Positions 16,397 through 38,599 of a stretch of 64,000 nt of DNA are shown piece by piece. The position numbers were made by a program, and so were the translations under genes. The notes under the pieces were generated by a model. That model was given only the letters and a program-made list of their open reading frames with translations. It was not told where the DNA came from and did no database searches. This DNA is from the human T2T-CHM13v2.0 reference genome, Homo sapiens, in the NCBI RefSeq assembly GCF_009914755.1, contig NC_060925.1. One strand, given 5' to 3'. The first letter of the stretch is position 1. Every line of letters starts with the position of its first letter.

Positions 16397-17034
16397 GCAT
16401 GTTGAATTTTTAAACAAATTATTTCATGGATCAAATGAACTATGAAACACATGTAGTTTTAAGTGATGGGTGCAATTTTTTTGTAGCATAAGCTGTTATA
16501 TGAGCACTGTATACTAGATGCTTTGTACCTCTTGGCAACCTAGGTAACAGTTATCCTTAGTGTACAGATTAGAAAACCCAGTCCTGGAGATGAAGCAGCA
16601 GATGCAGCACAAGACGTTGAAATATTTGTGTTTTCTGTTTGTGAACTTTTTGTAATGTTCTGGGCTTAGGAAATGTATTCAGATACCCAGTAAATCCTCA
16701 GTTAAAATTGGAACATTCCCGAAATTCTAACATTCTGCCAGAAAAATGGGGTTGTAACCCTTGCTCTCCAGTTTCTTATTTCTGAGCATAGAAAGGCGGC
16801 TTAGTGTTTTACAAAGGGTAATTTTTATGCCTTTAGATTTTCTGCCAGCTGTTCATCTTACTGCCTCTTTGGAAATGATCTCTTGCCCCATATAGCACCA
16901 ATTTTTCTATGACTCGGCTGCTGTGCTTGGGGCAAAAGATATGTACAAATCTGTTTTTTAATATTGTGACTTTGAAACTGATTTCTCTCCATGGAATTAA
17001 TGCTTTCAGTGTCCCTGGTCTTGTTCTGTTACAG

Positions 17035-17162
17035 GCAACAGAACATTGAGGAAAACATGACAATAGCTATGGAAGAGGCTCCGGAAAGTTTTGGCCAAGT
17101 AGTGATGCTTTATATTAACTGCAAAGTGAATGGACATCCTGTGAAAGCCTTTGTTGACTCAG
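17035..17162 (+). CDS. DDI2: DDI2 coding exon 5 (start of retroviral-like aspartyl protease, ends in catalytic D-S-G)
   Basis: ttacag| acceptor, G|gtgacg donor, 128 nt; encodes [42 protein letters not shown](G). Confidence 0.97.
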
Positions 17163-17214
17163 GTGACGTCTCTGTCTTTTATTTCTTGGTCTCCCCTCCA
17201 ACATCTTTACCTGA

Positions 17215-17518
<304 letters not shown>

Positions 17519-18204
17519 CAGATGGCTGTAGTTCTTTAGGCTGCTAACTCACTAGCGTGGGACTTACTGTTTCACTTGCGAGGCATTCTGTTGGTATTAG
17601 GTTTCTTTCTTTAATCATTTCTTAACCAGTTTTGTATTTTGTGGTGTCTCCTTTTTCTTCCTAACTCCCCTTATCTAGCATCCTGAATTTCTTGGATGTT
17701 TCTGTAAAAAACTGGGAATACATAGGTTTAGAAGAAGGAGCTATAAAAGGAGCTGTGTAGAGTATAGGTCAAACACATTTCAGCCTGGCCTGTGCACCAG
17801 CACTTTGCCAAGATTTGGGAGGAGTGTAAGGCTATCTGGGTATGGTTCTTACCCTTAAAGAACTTAACAACCAAGTAAGGAGACAGGGATTCTTCTGCTT
17901 GAGGGTTCAGTTAATTCACATACTAGTTGGCACCTTTTCTGTCAGTAACAACCGTTTGCTTTTTAGTAAGACTACACCATGCAGCATTTTGTGGGTGTAT
18001 GACTGAGTGGTCTCATACATCTTAATTCTGGGTTGTCTCACTCAAGGCTGTAAGATAGGTGAGTTCCTAGAGTAGAAAAATTCCTTGCTCAAATAATATT
18101 TTCCCCCTTCACTGTGTATTTCTATATAAAAAGAAAAAAAGTATTTTCTTTCATTTGTTCATCTACACATTCCTGAGCACATGCTGGGTTTCAGCTCTCT
18201 CTCT

Positions 18205-18760
18205 CTCATTTTTTAAAGAGAGGGTCTCTGTCACCCAGGCTAGAGTGCAGTGGTGCAGTCAGCTCACTTCAGCCTCCAACTCCTGGGCTCAAGTGATCCT
18301 CCAGCCTCAGCCTCTCAAGTAGCTGGAACCACAGGCATGTGCAACCATACCTGGCTGATTTTTTAACTTTTTGTAGAGACAGGGTTCCCCTGTATTGTGT
18401 AGGCTGATTGGGAACTCCTGGCCTCAACTCTCATTAAGAGTTTGTACCTTGAGACTGGGTGTAGTGGCTCATACCTGTAATTCCAGCATTTTGGGAGGGT
18501 GAGGTGGGAGAATTGCTTGAGCCCAGGAGTTTTGAGACCAGCCTAGGCAACATGGGGAAACCTCGCCTCTACAAAAAATACAAAAATTAGCCGGGTGTGG
18601 TGGTGCGTACCTATAGTCCCAGCTACGGGGGAGGCTGAGGTGGGAAGATCACCTGAGCCTGTGGTGACGGCAGAGGTCAGGGCTTGCAGTGAGCTGTGAT
18701 TGTGCCACTGTGCCCCAGCCTGGGTGAGTGAGACCCTGCCTTCGGGGGAAAAAAAAAAAA
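18205..18760. mobile_element. Inverted Alu pair (- 18205-18428, + 18452-18760)
   Basis: Alu consensus in opposite orientations. Confidence 0.82.
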
Positions 18761-18949
18761 GAGTTTGTATCTTGAGATACAGACATTCCTGGGAGTTTAA
18801 AAAAAAACTGAAATTATTCAGTTTAAAAAATATCTGTTGTGGGTAGGGCCTTGTGCTGAGTGCTTGGTGATAAGACTTAGTGACTGGAGCCTCAGAGGTC
18901 CCCGTGTGAGTGAGAGACAAATACATAGAAGACGCTAATAGAATACTCA

Positions 18950-19240
18950 GTGTGTATTGATTCCTTATTGTGTGCCAAGCACCATGCTAGGTGCTTAATA
19001 TAATCATCTTACTCAATTTTATTTCATCCTCAGAATATCTCTATGTACTTTGTTCTATAATTCCTGTTTTATCCATAAGAAAACTTAGATATAGAGAGGT
19101 CACATTCTCTACTCTGTCTTTTACACATAAGGAAACTTAGAGGGATCAAGTCACGCTTCCAGGTATACAGAGTTCGTGAGTGGTGGGCTTTGGATTCAGC
19201 CCCAGGTCCCCTTGATGCCAGAAATCTCAACCACTGTGCA
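18950..19240 (-). mobile_element. MIR SINE with a partial internal duplication
   Basis: tgtgccaagcaccatgctaggtgctt...cataagaaaacttaga / cataaggaaacttaga...ggattcagccccagg. Confidence 0.6.
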
Positions 19241-19917
19241 AAAATCAGGTGAATGTTGGATGGCTGTAGAGACCACATTCTCACTCTGACCGAGGTGCTC
19301 AGGAGAGTCTTTCCAGAAGACAGCATTTGAGCTGAGGCTTTGGAAAATGCAGGAGAGCAGTGAAAGGGGCCCTTCTCATCCTGGGTTGCTTACTTTAATA
19401 ACTTGGCTTTTGTAAATTAAGAAGGAGGAAGAAAAGAGAGAATTGCCTTTCCAAATTCCCTTTTCCTTCATTATTTCTGGGCCTTTTTGAATCTAATCTT
19501 TCTCAAATGCCAAGAACTTTTATTACTTATAAAGTGTAGGGTACCTGTGAGTAATATGAGCAGGAAGTGTTGGAATTGAGTGAGAGGCGAGGTCATTGCA
19601 AAAGGGCAGTCAGTTAGGGAGGAAGTGGGTCTTGAGCTAGATCTTGAAGCATCGGTGGAATTCAGGAAAAAAAGCAGGGCAGGGACCATTTTACAGGAGG
19701 GTCAAAGTGAGTGAATGGCAAAGGGGACATATTCCTCCTGCTGAAGCAGAGGGTTTAGAGTAGTTAGAATGTACGGCTGGAAAGAAATGGTGGAGCCAGG
19801 ATGGGGTGGGATCTGAAGCTGTGGTGATGGTGGTTTGAAACTAATCTCATAAGGAGTGGAAACCATTGAGGACTTTTAAGCAGATGAAGAAGTAAGTGAT
19901 TTGAAAATGGTGCTATT

Positions 19918-21900
<1,983 letters not shown>

Positions 21901-22249
21901 TAGAGATACTCGGTAAGAAGTGCAAAGTACTGCTAATTTAGCATTGCCATCTGTAGACGCAGGACATCACTGCTTTCTACTGGTAAAGTCTTAAAATGTC
22001 ATTTAATTATTGCATCGCTACAGAATATTCTTCCCTCAATGTCAAATTGTACATCATGTTTCAGATTACAGAGTAGAACTGAAAGTTGAATTAGGCAGGC
22101 AGGGCACTTGCTAGGTAGAAATGAGTTTATAGAGACCAAAGCCTTGGGGTGTGCTTGGTTTTCGCTTTGTTATTATTTAGTGCTATATTTTGAGTCTTCT
22201 CACAAAGTGGATTTTGTTTTTATTGTCTGATGTTTCTCTACTCCTCCAG

Positions 22250-22378
22250 GTGCCCAGATGACTATCATGAGCCAAGCTTGTGCAGAAAGGTGTAACATAA
22301 TGAGACTGGTGGACCGTCGGTGGGCAGGGATTGCCAAAGGAGTGGGCACCCAGAAGATTATTGGAAGGGTACATCTAG
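22250..22378 (+). CDS. DDI2: DDI2 coding exon 6 (RVP), [43 protein letters not shown]
   Basis: ctccag| acceptor, G|gtgagc donor, 129 nt; completes the DSGAQ active-site motif. Confidence 0.97.
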
Positions 22379-23299
22379 GTGAGCAAAAGGCACTGGGGCT
22401 TGCTGTCTTTCTGTAGGCTATTTGTAGGTAGGGTAGTCGATTTTCAAGTTTTTAGAGGGTCTTTTGTTGTTATTTTGTTGTTGTTGTTTTAAATTTCTTT
22501 TGTGTGGGTATGTCTGAGCTAGCAAGCCTAATTTCTAGAAGTTTTAAATCCTGTGTTCCGTCAAAGTTATGTGTTTCTGCTGGTTGCAAACAAGTAGTCT
22601 CCTCTACGTTTCTATTTCCTGAAAATATAATCCCTTTCCGTCATTTTAGCTGATTTATTTTTATACTTACCTCCATATTTCTAAATAACATGTTTATTTT
22701 GCTGTTTACTCATATGACTGTGTTTGAGAGCTGAGCTATCTAATTGAATGTGATTGCTTTTCTTTCATGGCTAGTATTATTTTCTCTTAGAATTAATAAT
22801 TGTCCTGTTTTTCTTACTTGGTTTCTTGCGTAGTATTCATCCCAGACATTTCCTAATTATGTAAATCTCCCTTCAAGCACATCCAATAGCCTCTACATTT
22901 CATCCTATCAAAGATACTTCTTGAGCCTGGACTGGCAGTTTCAGGCCTGCTTCAGAGCTGCTGTTTTGGAATTTAACTTGACTGAGTCCTACAGATTCCT
23001 TTCTCTTCTGTCTTGTGTTGGATTACATGAATCCCTTGTCTTCCTCTTTTTTATCTGCCCCTCAGTTTATTGGAGTGCATCATCCAGTAACTTTCTTAGA
23101 AGAGGTGCATGGGAGTAAATTGAGACTAATTATCAGACATGTCTTTTTTCCCTACATTATACTGGTCTGCCTAGGTTGGAAATCATTTTCCTTCACAATT
23201 TCGAGGCATTGCCCCTTAACCTTTTCACTGTCAGTGTTGCTGTAGTGAGGCTGGATTCTGTTCCGATTCTTGATCCTTTATGTGAAAGTTTTCTTTTTC

Positions 23300-23918
<619 letters not shown>

Positions 23919-24317
23919 CTTCTTTTTCTTCTTTGAAGCTTGTAGATCTTCCCTTTGACCTCAGTGTTTTGAATTTTCACAATGCATGCTTGGGTGTGGA
24001 TCTCTTCTCATATACTGTGCTAGGTACTTGGTAACCTGTGCAGTCTAGACGCTCACATCCCTCTGTTCTGGGGACTTTCTCTGAATTATTTTGACGATGA
24101 TTTTCTCCCCTCTGGAATGTCTGTTATTCAGGTAGGATAATCTCTCCTGGACTTGTCCTCTAGTTTTCTTCTCTTTTGTTTTTCTGTGGGATTTCTTCAA
24201 CTTTGTCTTCCAACCTTTGTGTTGGATTTTGTATTTGTTTGTATTTTACTTTAGATGGTTTTCATAAATGTCTTGTGATCCTTGGCATCAGCTCACATTG
24301 AAGAGTGGGCCACTGGC

Positions 24318-26700
<2,383 letters not shown>

Positions 26701-27099
26701 TTTTTTTTTACAAATAAAAGAGTGGTTTCTTATTGTAAGTTACTTTTCTTTCATTGTAAATGATAGTTTTTCTGCACATTTGCTCTTCCTTTCTTTTGAA
26801 ATATGTATGTCTGTTTATTAGGGTCTTTGTGTTTCTCTTATTGATTTGTGTAGGATAAAGATAGTTCAACTACCTTACACTTTCCTAAACACAGTAGGAC
26901 TAAGAGTTTTGCAGGAATACCATAAACTGGTTCCTTCAGGGGCTGAGTTCTCAGATTTTTGATGACTTTAAATGAGAAGATAATAGGAGGAGACAAAATA
27001 AGTACCAAGCTCTGTGGCCATCCTTGTGGATTTTACAACCGTGGCTATGATCAGCATGAAAAAACCCTTATAGCAATAGGGGAAACCTAAATAAAAGGA

Positions 27100-27660
27100 A
27101 AGCTTTACCATGGATTAGAGATTCAGTATGTTGGGGGTGGCAGTTCTCCCACATTAATCCACAGAACCATTGAGATGCCATCAAAATCCTGGTAGATTTT
27201 TTGTGAGACTGGATGTGCTCATTTTAAATTTGGCGTGGGCCCTATATTGTGAGAATGGGCAAAATACTCTAGAAAAACATTGCCTTCTAGATATCAAAGG
27301 ACTATCTAGAAGATATGAGTAGAAACAAACCCATGATTCTATGAACATTGATCAATGAGAGGAAGTCTTACAGAGCAATGGGGAAATGTTAGGAAATGTT
27401 GCTGGGACAAGAGGTATCCATGGGGAGAAATGAATTAGAAATCGGACCCTACCCACACCACACAAAAGCAAATTCAGAGTAAACACCTAGATGCAGGGGA
27501 GGGAGGATTGCTTGAGCCTAGGAGTTTGAGACCAGCCTGGGCAACGTAGCAGACCCTGTCTCAAAAAAAAAAAAAAAAAACAACCCTAAAACCTAGATGT
27601 GGAAAGGAAAATTAAAGATTTTAGCAGAAAATACACAATATCTTGTGTAAGGAAGGAGTT
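27100..27660 (+). mobile_element. Degraded L1 ORF2-region fragment
   Basis: cagttctcccacattaatc...ccatcaaaatcc...ctagatatcaaaggacta...ggaccctacccacaccacacaaaagcaaattc pattern. Confidence 0.5.
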
Positions 27661-27678
27661 CTTTAAAAATAGGTCATC

Positions 27679-28551
<873 letters not shown>

Positions 28552-29096
28552 GTAATTAAGAGCTTCACTTATTTTTTTTGCATCTGCTTTTTGTAATATG
28601 GTCATTATCACATTATTTTTATTGGTTACATATACTGGAAAACTAAGAAATAACGACTTTTCAAACCTGGAAATGTCCTTAAATTATGTTGCTATACAGA
28701 GGTTGAAATGATGTGTCGATATAGATAGAATCTGTTTTTGTGAAATCTCTCTGTGAATCTGTTAAATCTTGCCAAATGTTTTGAGATTGTAAAGGACAGT
28801 TTGGTTCCCTTGTATAATTTTCAGATTCTGGTTAGATCCTGATTAGTAGTTTTTTGATGACCTGACTAAAAAGTGTGAGTCAAGTAAGTCTTTAGCATTC
28901 TCTGATGCTGATCAAACAGTACTTGGGAAGAAGACCTTCAAGGTTAAGGAAGGTATATGTTGGGAGTGAAAGTGTTTATTTAGTACAGGGTGCATAATTA
29001 ATATATTAATTTGTGTTGATATTTATCTTTCTACTCTAAAGCACAATAATTTGAGATATACTGCCGTCGTTGAAGAAGCAGTTAGTCCACTGGGTA

Positions 29097-29139
29097 TTTA
29101 GATGAGATTAGGCATGCTCAGGGTGGTATGGCTGTAGAC
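29097..29139 (-). pseudogene. 5S rRNA 5' fragment (~nt 1-42), tailless retrocopy
   Basis: Reverse complement GTCTACAGCCATACCACCCTGAGCATGCCTAATCTCATC versus 5S GTCTACGGCCATACCACCCTGAACGCGCCCGATCTCGTC; flanking direct repeat CACTGGGTA at 29088-29096 and 29142-29150. Confidence 0.85.
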
Positions 29140-29191
29140 CTCACTGGGTACTTCACATTTTTCACAGTAGGGTTTTATATCCAGTCAACCT

Positions 29192-30346
<1,155 letters not shown>

Positions 30347-30433
30347 ATTTGTGATTGGAGTTTTAAATTAAGGAGCATAATTTTTCTGCATGGTGTTTTA
30401 TCTGCTATTATTCTTTGGTTTCTTTCTTCCAAG

Positions 30434-30623
30434 TGTTCCATCGACCTGAAGAAAAATGTACTCGTGATCGGCACCACAGGCTCCCAGACCACCTTTCTTC
30501 CTGAGGGAGAGCTACCAGAGTGTGCCCGGTTGGCATATGGGGCTGGAAGAGAGGATGTACGGCCAGAGGAGATTGCAGACCAAGAATTAGCAGAAGCCCT
30601 TCAAAAATCAGCAGAGGATGCAG
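30434..30623 (+). CDS. DDI2: DDI2 coding exon 8 (end of RVP plus [21 protein letters not shown])
   Basis: ttccaag| acceptor (less common AAG), CAG|gtattt donor, 190 nt (63 codons + 1, ends phase 1); overlaps ORF 30464..30700. Confidence 0.96.
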
Positions 30624-30785
30624 GTATTTGGGATGGCCAAACTCTTCAATACTTGTTATTGATGGGTAAGCCCGGGAAGTGTGGGCTTCAGAAGGGGTAG
30701 GAACCTTTCCAGTTTTTAATTAGTCTCATGGTCCAGTAGTAGATGTGTTCATTATTTGTCTTCTTAACCTCCTTCTTTGATCTTC

Positions 30786-34870
<4,085 letters not shown>

Positions 34871-35346
34871 TGATGTATTATTTAAAAACTGATGAAAAGA
34901 TAAGCTAGGATAGAATTTAATTAAGTGGTTTGTTTTCCTCTAAAATTGAATCTCAGCTGAGAAAGAAATTTGGAAAGGGACTGTTAGATATGTTCACTCA
35001 CCTTTACTCCATAAGATTTTTTTAATCACCTAATTCGATCAGGTGGATCTACTTTCTTCACCTGTCTCACATTTGCCCGTGAATTCTCTATGTGTAGAAA
35101 CAAAATTAATTTCTTTACAAGATCTATTAAAAATCTGTTGAAATTAACAGATTGCTGTGTGTATTGTGAGAGAATGGAAGCAACCAACAAATATTTTGGA
35201 TGTCCAAACTACAGAAACATCCCTCAACTTGGAATCTACCAGTTCCTGATTTTAAAGATGGCAAAAGAACGGAAACTATAACCCTGCATGCTGTGTGGTT
35301 TGCATTGTTAACCCAAGTTTGCTTGTCTGTTTCCTAATTCACACAG

Positions 35347-35363
35347 AGCGTCAGAAGCCATGA
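35347..35363 (+). CDS. DDI2: DDI2 exon 9 coding part (ERQKP-stop); whole exon 35347-35409
   Basis: cacag|AG CGT CAG AAG CCA TGA gives the known ERQKP C-terminus. In-window CDS is 1062 nt; with a 138-nt exon 1 this makes 399 aa plus stop. Donor CAG|gtattt at 35410. Confidence 0.93.
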
Positions 35364-36858
35364 TGCATGTAGTGTGTGTGTACTGCAGCTGGAGTGGGCC
35401 CCAGACCAGGTATTTATAGACACCATGTTAAGCCTTCCATCCAGTTGTCATCTGTGATCTGACAGTCTGTATCCGCAGCAGTTTGGGAAGTTAGCATTTG
35501 TCATTCACCATTTCACCTTGTTCAATCTGGTTACAACTAGCCTATATGCATTTGTATTTTGGCATGCATACATGGATATGTAACATAAACTCCTGTTTAA
35601 AAATGGATTCGTTATTAGAACCATCCAACAGGGAGAAAATCCCAGTTAAAACAGTGTCTATTATATCTACCCCATCTTGGCTACTATAAATATCACATCA
35701 AGAATATTGGCCTCACAACACTTTGTTGTTGGAGATAACTATGCTTTCATGGGTTTCATAAGTGCCTTTCCTCTGAAAAACTGAAAGCTGTTCTTTTACA
35801 TTACTGCATACAACTACCTGGAGTTATAGAGGGTTAGAAATTTTAATTTTGTTGAAGAAGAAATGGAAACTTAGGCCAGAGGACTTGTCAGGGGTGACTC
35901 TGAACAACAGGAACTAAGACTTTGCTTTTCCTTCTGTCTCTGGCCTGACAGATTTTCAGGAAGCACTCTGCTTCCATTTCCTCTGATGTAAATAATGGTA
36001 AACATCAGCTCGAATACATTGGCTGACTTACTAAGAGGAGGAAAGATGGTCTTTTAAACCAGCATCATAAGACTTTGTAGGAGTTTGCAAGCTGGTTGGA
36101 ATTAGATACATAGCATTTAGTTTCTCTTCTTTCTTTCCTTTTTCTTTTCCTTGTAAGGATAGGTTAAAAGCAGGCATAGTTGAATTATTCTTAATATCCA
36201 CTGTCCTCATCCTCTTCTCCTGTCATTCTGTAAACTGACCTAGTCCTCCCCTACGTTTAGGACTTAGGCTAGTGAAACTGACCTTCTCAGCTACAAGAGG
36301 ACTATATGCTACTTTTTTAGTACAAAATTCATTGAGGGTGTGTTCACCTTGACCTCACTTGTTTATAACTAACACACAAATACCAGAAGGCCCTTACCAT
36401 ACCTCTTTATGTTGCTTACATGGATATTTCACTACAGTGCATTGTTTCTGTTAACATTAGTTCAAAATTCAACCTCTTCCAGAGTCAGCCTTAGTTTTAA
36501 ATAAAACTAATAACTGTTAGACATCTGGTGGTATGAAAATAAAAAAACTAATAACTGTGTTTCTAGACTCTAATGGGTATAGCCTAAACTGAGATAAGTG
36601 CAGTTTTCCTTTTTACTCCTAAAGTGTAAGTAAGGTAAGATTGTTTCATGGGAAGTCAATAGCTTCCTGAAACAATGCTTTGTCTTCTCATGCTGTTAAC
36701 CAGTAGTTTATTAGAATGATTTAAAGCCTTTTGAATATAACTGCTTTGCTGCTTTTTAAGATCAAGCCCTCTTGTTGGATGTTAACATTTAGTACTGAGC
36801 ATTTGAGTTGCATCTGTCCTAATAATAGATTGTATTTTGAAGTCATTTTTGTTACTGA

Positions 36859-37500
<642 letters not shown>

Positions 37501-38061
37501 TTCTTACACTTACATGCGTAGAGGTCAATTTTTAACTGGATTGGTGGCAAAAGAAGAGCTGGAAATGATGTTTAATGATACTATGATGCTTACACTGAGC
37601 CGTCTTGTTTGGGTGGTCTAAGGTAGCAGTGAATCTAAATAGTCATTGCCAGTTGAAAAACTATTAATGAACCATCTCCCTCCACATTCCCCTTTCTTTA
37701 AAACATTTAAATATTCTTAACTTAGTTGCACACTATTGATGTGATAAAAACTTATAAGCCTTTTAAGTTTAGAGTTGTATTATTTGGTAGGATGATGATT
37801 GTGATTTAATCTGCTGATCATTAGTTTACTTTTGTTTTCTGAGTCAGATGCTCACCCAGTTTTACCATGATTTTTGGAAAGCTTGGCTAGAAATAAAATA
37901 GAACATTTGCTTCTCTGTCCCCAAGCATTATGTTATTTCTTATTTCTCTTTATAATTCCCTCTCTGTCCAGGTATACCTGGTTTAAGACTTCTCATTTGT
38001 AACCTCAGTGTTCACATTTGAAACAAGAAAAGTGCATTAACATGAGAATCATTCTGGTGCA

Positions 38062-38228
38062 AAGATTCTCAGGATTTGTAATATCCTTAAGAATCACCCA
38101 AGGAGCTTATTGAAAATGCACATTCCTGGATTTACTCTCAAGTATGGTACCCCAGGGTCTGCATACTTCACAAGCGTCCCTGGTGGTTTTAGGGCAAGTG
38201 GTGAAAAAAGTACACTTGGAGAAACTAT
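38062..38228. mobile_element. MER5-like hAT element in DDI2 intron 9
   Basis: gaatcacccaaggagcttattgaaaatgcacattcctgg...ctgcatacttcacaagcgtccctggtggtt...acacttggagaaac. Confidence 0.55.
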
Positions 38229-38599
38229 TCTAGAGTTGTAGACTAGACTAGGGAATAAAGAAACATAAATGTCCTTCATTCCTGAGCACTAACCCCGCCA
38301 TTATGTGAATGCATATTAATGGATACTTAATCACATTGAATTACAGTATGCAGATTTTATTAAGAACATGTCTACCTCTTATTCTGATGCTGTGAATGTC
38401 TACCACAATGAGAAAGTAATTTTAAAATCATTTCTATTTGTGTAAGAGAAACCCGAGTTTGAGGACCTTATTTTATTCTACGCTGTTTAGATTTGTATCC
38501 TCTGGTAATTTAGTGGCATTAGTCACCTGCTAATTAATCTTTTTCCTTTCCCCTGTGTTCCATATAGAGAAAAGTGGTAAAGAATCTACCTCACTGGGA

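Noticed and set aside
35361-35409. Stop-codon read-through as the route to a DDI2-RSC1A1 fusion
   Set aside because: The frame is preserved, but a second in-frame stop (TAG) follows three codons later and the TGA context is not the read-through-prone TGA-CTAG.
38555-38599. GTG start giving a 632-aa RSC1A1
   Set aside because: The GTG lies in the pyrimidine tract 5' of the acceptor; the open leader is better explained by splicing from DDI2.
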